Source of the DNA: Anaerolineae bacterium
Lineage (GTDB): Bacteria; Chloroflexota; Anaerolineae; Epilineales; Epilineaceae
Assembly (NCBI GenBank): GCA_029262755.1
Contig: JAJCYU010000010.1
Span: 1-35,488 of the forward strand
Length of the DNA stretch: 35,488 nucleotides
Direction of reading: 5' to 3'
Positions 33,807-35,488 of the stretch are shown piece after piece. The notes beneath the pieces were generated by a model, which did no database searches, was not told the origin of the DNA, and saw only the letters and a list, made by a program, of their open reading frames with translations. A program made the position numbers and the translations under genes. Each line of letters begins with the position of its first letter. Within the stretch, counting starts at the first letter, position 1.

Positions 33807-35362
33807 CCGAGCTCGCGCAAGCGGAAACGCTGGATCTTGCCCGTAGCCGTTTTGGGCAACTCGTCGACGAACACTACCCAGCGCGGCCGCTTGTAGGCCG
33901 CGATCTTCTCGCCGCACCAGCCGATCAAATCGCGCTCGAGATCGGGGCTCGCCGCGTGGCCCGTCTTTAGGGTCACATAGGCCTTCGGCTTCACGAGATC
34001 CGCCGCGTCCGTCGCCCCGACCACCGCGCATTCGATGACGGCTGGGTGTCCGATCAGAGCACTCTCAACTTCCATCGGCGAAACCCAAATCCCGCCGACC
34101 TTGAGCATGTCGTCGGAGCGGCCCTCGTGGTGGTAGTAGCCGTCCTCGTCCTTGCGGTATTTGTCGCCCGTAAACAGCCACGGTCCGAGGAAGGTCTCCT
34201 GGCTCTTGGCGTATTGATGCAGGTAGAACAGCGCCGCGCTCTCGCCCTTCAACAGCAGATTGCCGACCTCGCCGTCCGGCACGTCCGCGCCGGCGTCGTC
34301 CACGATGCGAACCTCATAGCCGTCGAAGGGCTTGCCGCTCGAACCCGGCCGGATGTCGTCGGGGCGGTTGGACAAGAAGATGTGGTAGTTCTCCGTCGAG
34401 CCGATGCCGTCGATGATGTCCAGACCTGTCGCGCTCTTCCAGGCATGCCAGATGGGCGCCGGCAGGGCTTCGCCTGCGCTCACGCACAGACGCAGGCTCG
34501 AGAGGTCGTAGGCATCTTCGAGGCCGTCGATCGCGAGGATCATGGAGTAGCCGGTCGGCGCGTTGTACAGGATGGTCGGACGATAGGTGCTTACCGTGCC
34601 CAACACGTTGTTTGGATCACGCGGTGCGCCGGCCATCAGCACGACGGAGGCACCCACATACCAAGGGAAGATCAGGTTGCCGCCGGTTCCGAAGGTGAAG
34701 AAGAGCTTGGCCGCGGCAAAGGTCCGGTCGTCTTCGCGCAGACCGAGCACGTTCTTGCCCCAGTTGTGCGCGGTGAGCGGCAGATCCTTGTGTGCGTGCA
34801 GGATTCCCTTCGGCTCGCCCGTCGTGCCGCTCGAATAGTTGAGGCAACAGAAGTCGTCCCGCTGCGTGGGCGCGGCGTCCAAGTCCGTCGCCTGGCCTTC
34901 GATCCACGCACGGTACGCAGTAGTACCGTCGGGCGCATCACCGATGACGATGATTCGCTCCAACCAGCGCATCTGGTCTCGCGCGGGCAGGACGCGGTCC
35001 AAAAGGGCCGCGTGCACGATGAGAATCCGTGCGCGGCTGTCCTCGAGCATGTAGGCGTATTCGGCGGGCGTGAGCAGGGTGTTCAAGCTGGCCACGACCG
35101 CGCCGATCTTCAGACAGCCGAAGTAGCTCGTCACAAACTCCGGTACGTCCAGACACAAGAGCGCCACGCTCTCACCCGGCCGGACGCCTTCCGAGACCAG
35201 GGCGTTGCCGACTTGATTGACCTCGGCGGACACCTCGGCGAAGGTCATCGTCCTCGTGTCGCTGAAGAGGGCTTCCTTGTCCGCTCGCTGGGCGAGGTTG
35301 TCTTCCAGGATCGAGACCGCGTTGTAATACAGCGGCAGGTCGGCGGCACGCAATGCGCTCAT
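33803..35362 (-). CDS. Benzoate-CoA ligase family acyl-CoA synthetase
   Basis: YSSGTTGEPKG, AAKLFFTFGTGGNLIFP, LRLCVSAGEALP, DIIDGIGSTE..HIFLSN, TGDKY, GRSDDMLKVGGIWVSP.EVE, LPKTATGKIQRF.LR. GAGGAG RBS before ATG 35362. Confidence 0.9.
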   Translation of the reverse strand: MSALRAADLPLYYNAVSILEDNLAQRADKEALFSDTRTMTFAEVSAEVNQVGNALVSEGVRPGESVALLCLDVPEFVTSYFGCLKIGAVVASLNTLLTPAEYAYMLEDSRARILIVHAALLDRVLPARDQMRWLERIIVIGDAPDGTTAYRAWIEGQATDLDAAPTQRDDFCCLNYSSGTTGEPKGILHAHKDLPLTAHNWGKNVLGLREDDRTFAAAKLFFTFGTGGNLIFPWYVGASVVLMAGAPRDPNNVLGTVSTYRPTILYNAPTGYSMILAIDGLEDAYDLSSLRLCVSAGEALPAPIWHAWKSATGLDIIDGIGSTENYHIFLSNRPDDIRPGSSGKPFDGYEVRIVDDAGADVPDGEVGNLLLKGESAALFYLHQYAKSQETFLGPWLFTGDKYRKDEDGYYHHEGRSDDMLKVGGIWVSPMEVESALIGHPAVIECAVVGATDAADLVKPKAYVTLKTGHAASPDLERDLIGWCGEKIAAYKRPRWVVFVDELPKTATGKIQRFRLRELG

Positions 35363-35488
35363 CTCTAGTCTCCTCGCACGGTCGATATCGTTGCGGGTTG
35401 GGCGCCGTTGGCACGGTGTTCGGCTACGTCTCGGCGTTCGCGACACCGGCCGCGCTCGCGACACTCTCCGTGCCCACAACGTCCGGTC

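Noticed and set aside
34046..35368. 440-aa ORF antisense to the CoA ligase, and similar long antisense ORFs at 12424-13737 and 27025-28251
   Set aside because: Same shadow-ORF artefact; these overlap well-supported genes and lack motifs.

Overview
GC-rich bacterial chromosomal segment with about 23 protein-coding genes. I saw no rRNA, tRNA, CRISPR array or intact mobile element. Housekeeping and metabolic genes include gdhA, rfbC, an MTHFR-like protein, a NUDIX hydrolase, an HD hydrolase, bifunctional ftcD, an MFS transporter, a PqqB-like MBL hydrolase, mdh, an RluA/TruC pseudouridine synthase, an ABC ATPase with an efflux adaptor, a zincin, folP and a benzoate-CoA ligase family protein. These are interspersed with cell-surface genes: two tandem paralogous repeat-rich exported proteins, a beta-propeller protein, a protein with six PPC-like domains, two GT-C type membrane glycosyltransferases and acidic-linker lipoproteins. 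Two signals stand out. (1) A hidden selenoprotein: a thioredoxin-fold lipoprotein (20942-21586) whose active site reads W-UGA-P-T-C (UxxC), followed directly by a SECIS-like hairpin; the ORF track splits it in two. (2) Four large exported proteins from three unrelated families all end in a Pro/Thr-rich linker plus the short motif hydrophobic-hydrophobic-hydrophobic-Pro-aromatic-x-x-Arg (IFMPYSRR, IYMPYATR, AMLPFVVRGR, IFIPWTERS). This suggests a C-terminal sorting or anchoring signal, possibly linked to the neighbouring glycosyltransferases. The motif and gene content suggest a Chloroflexota (Anaerolineae-like) organism, which is an inference.
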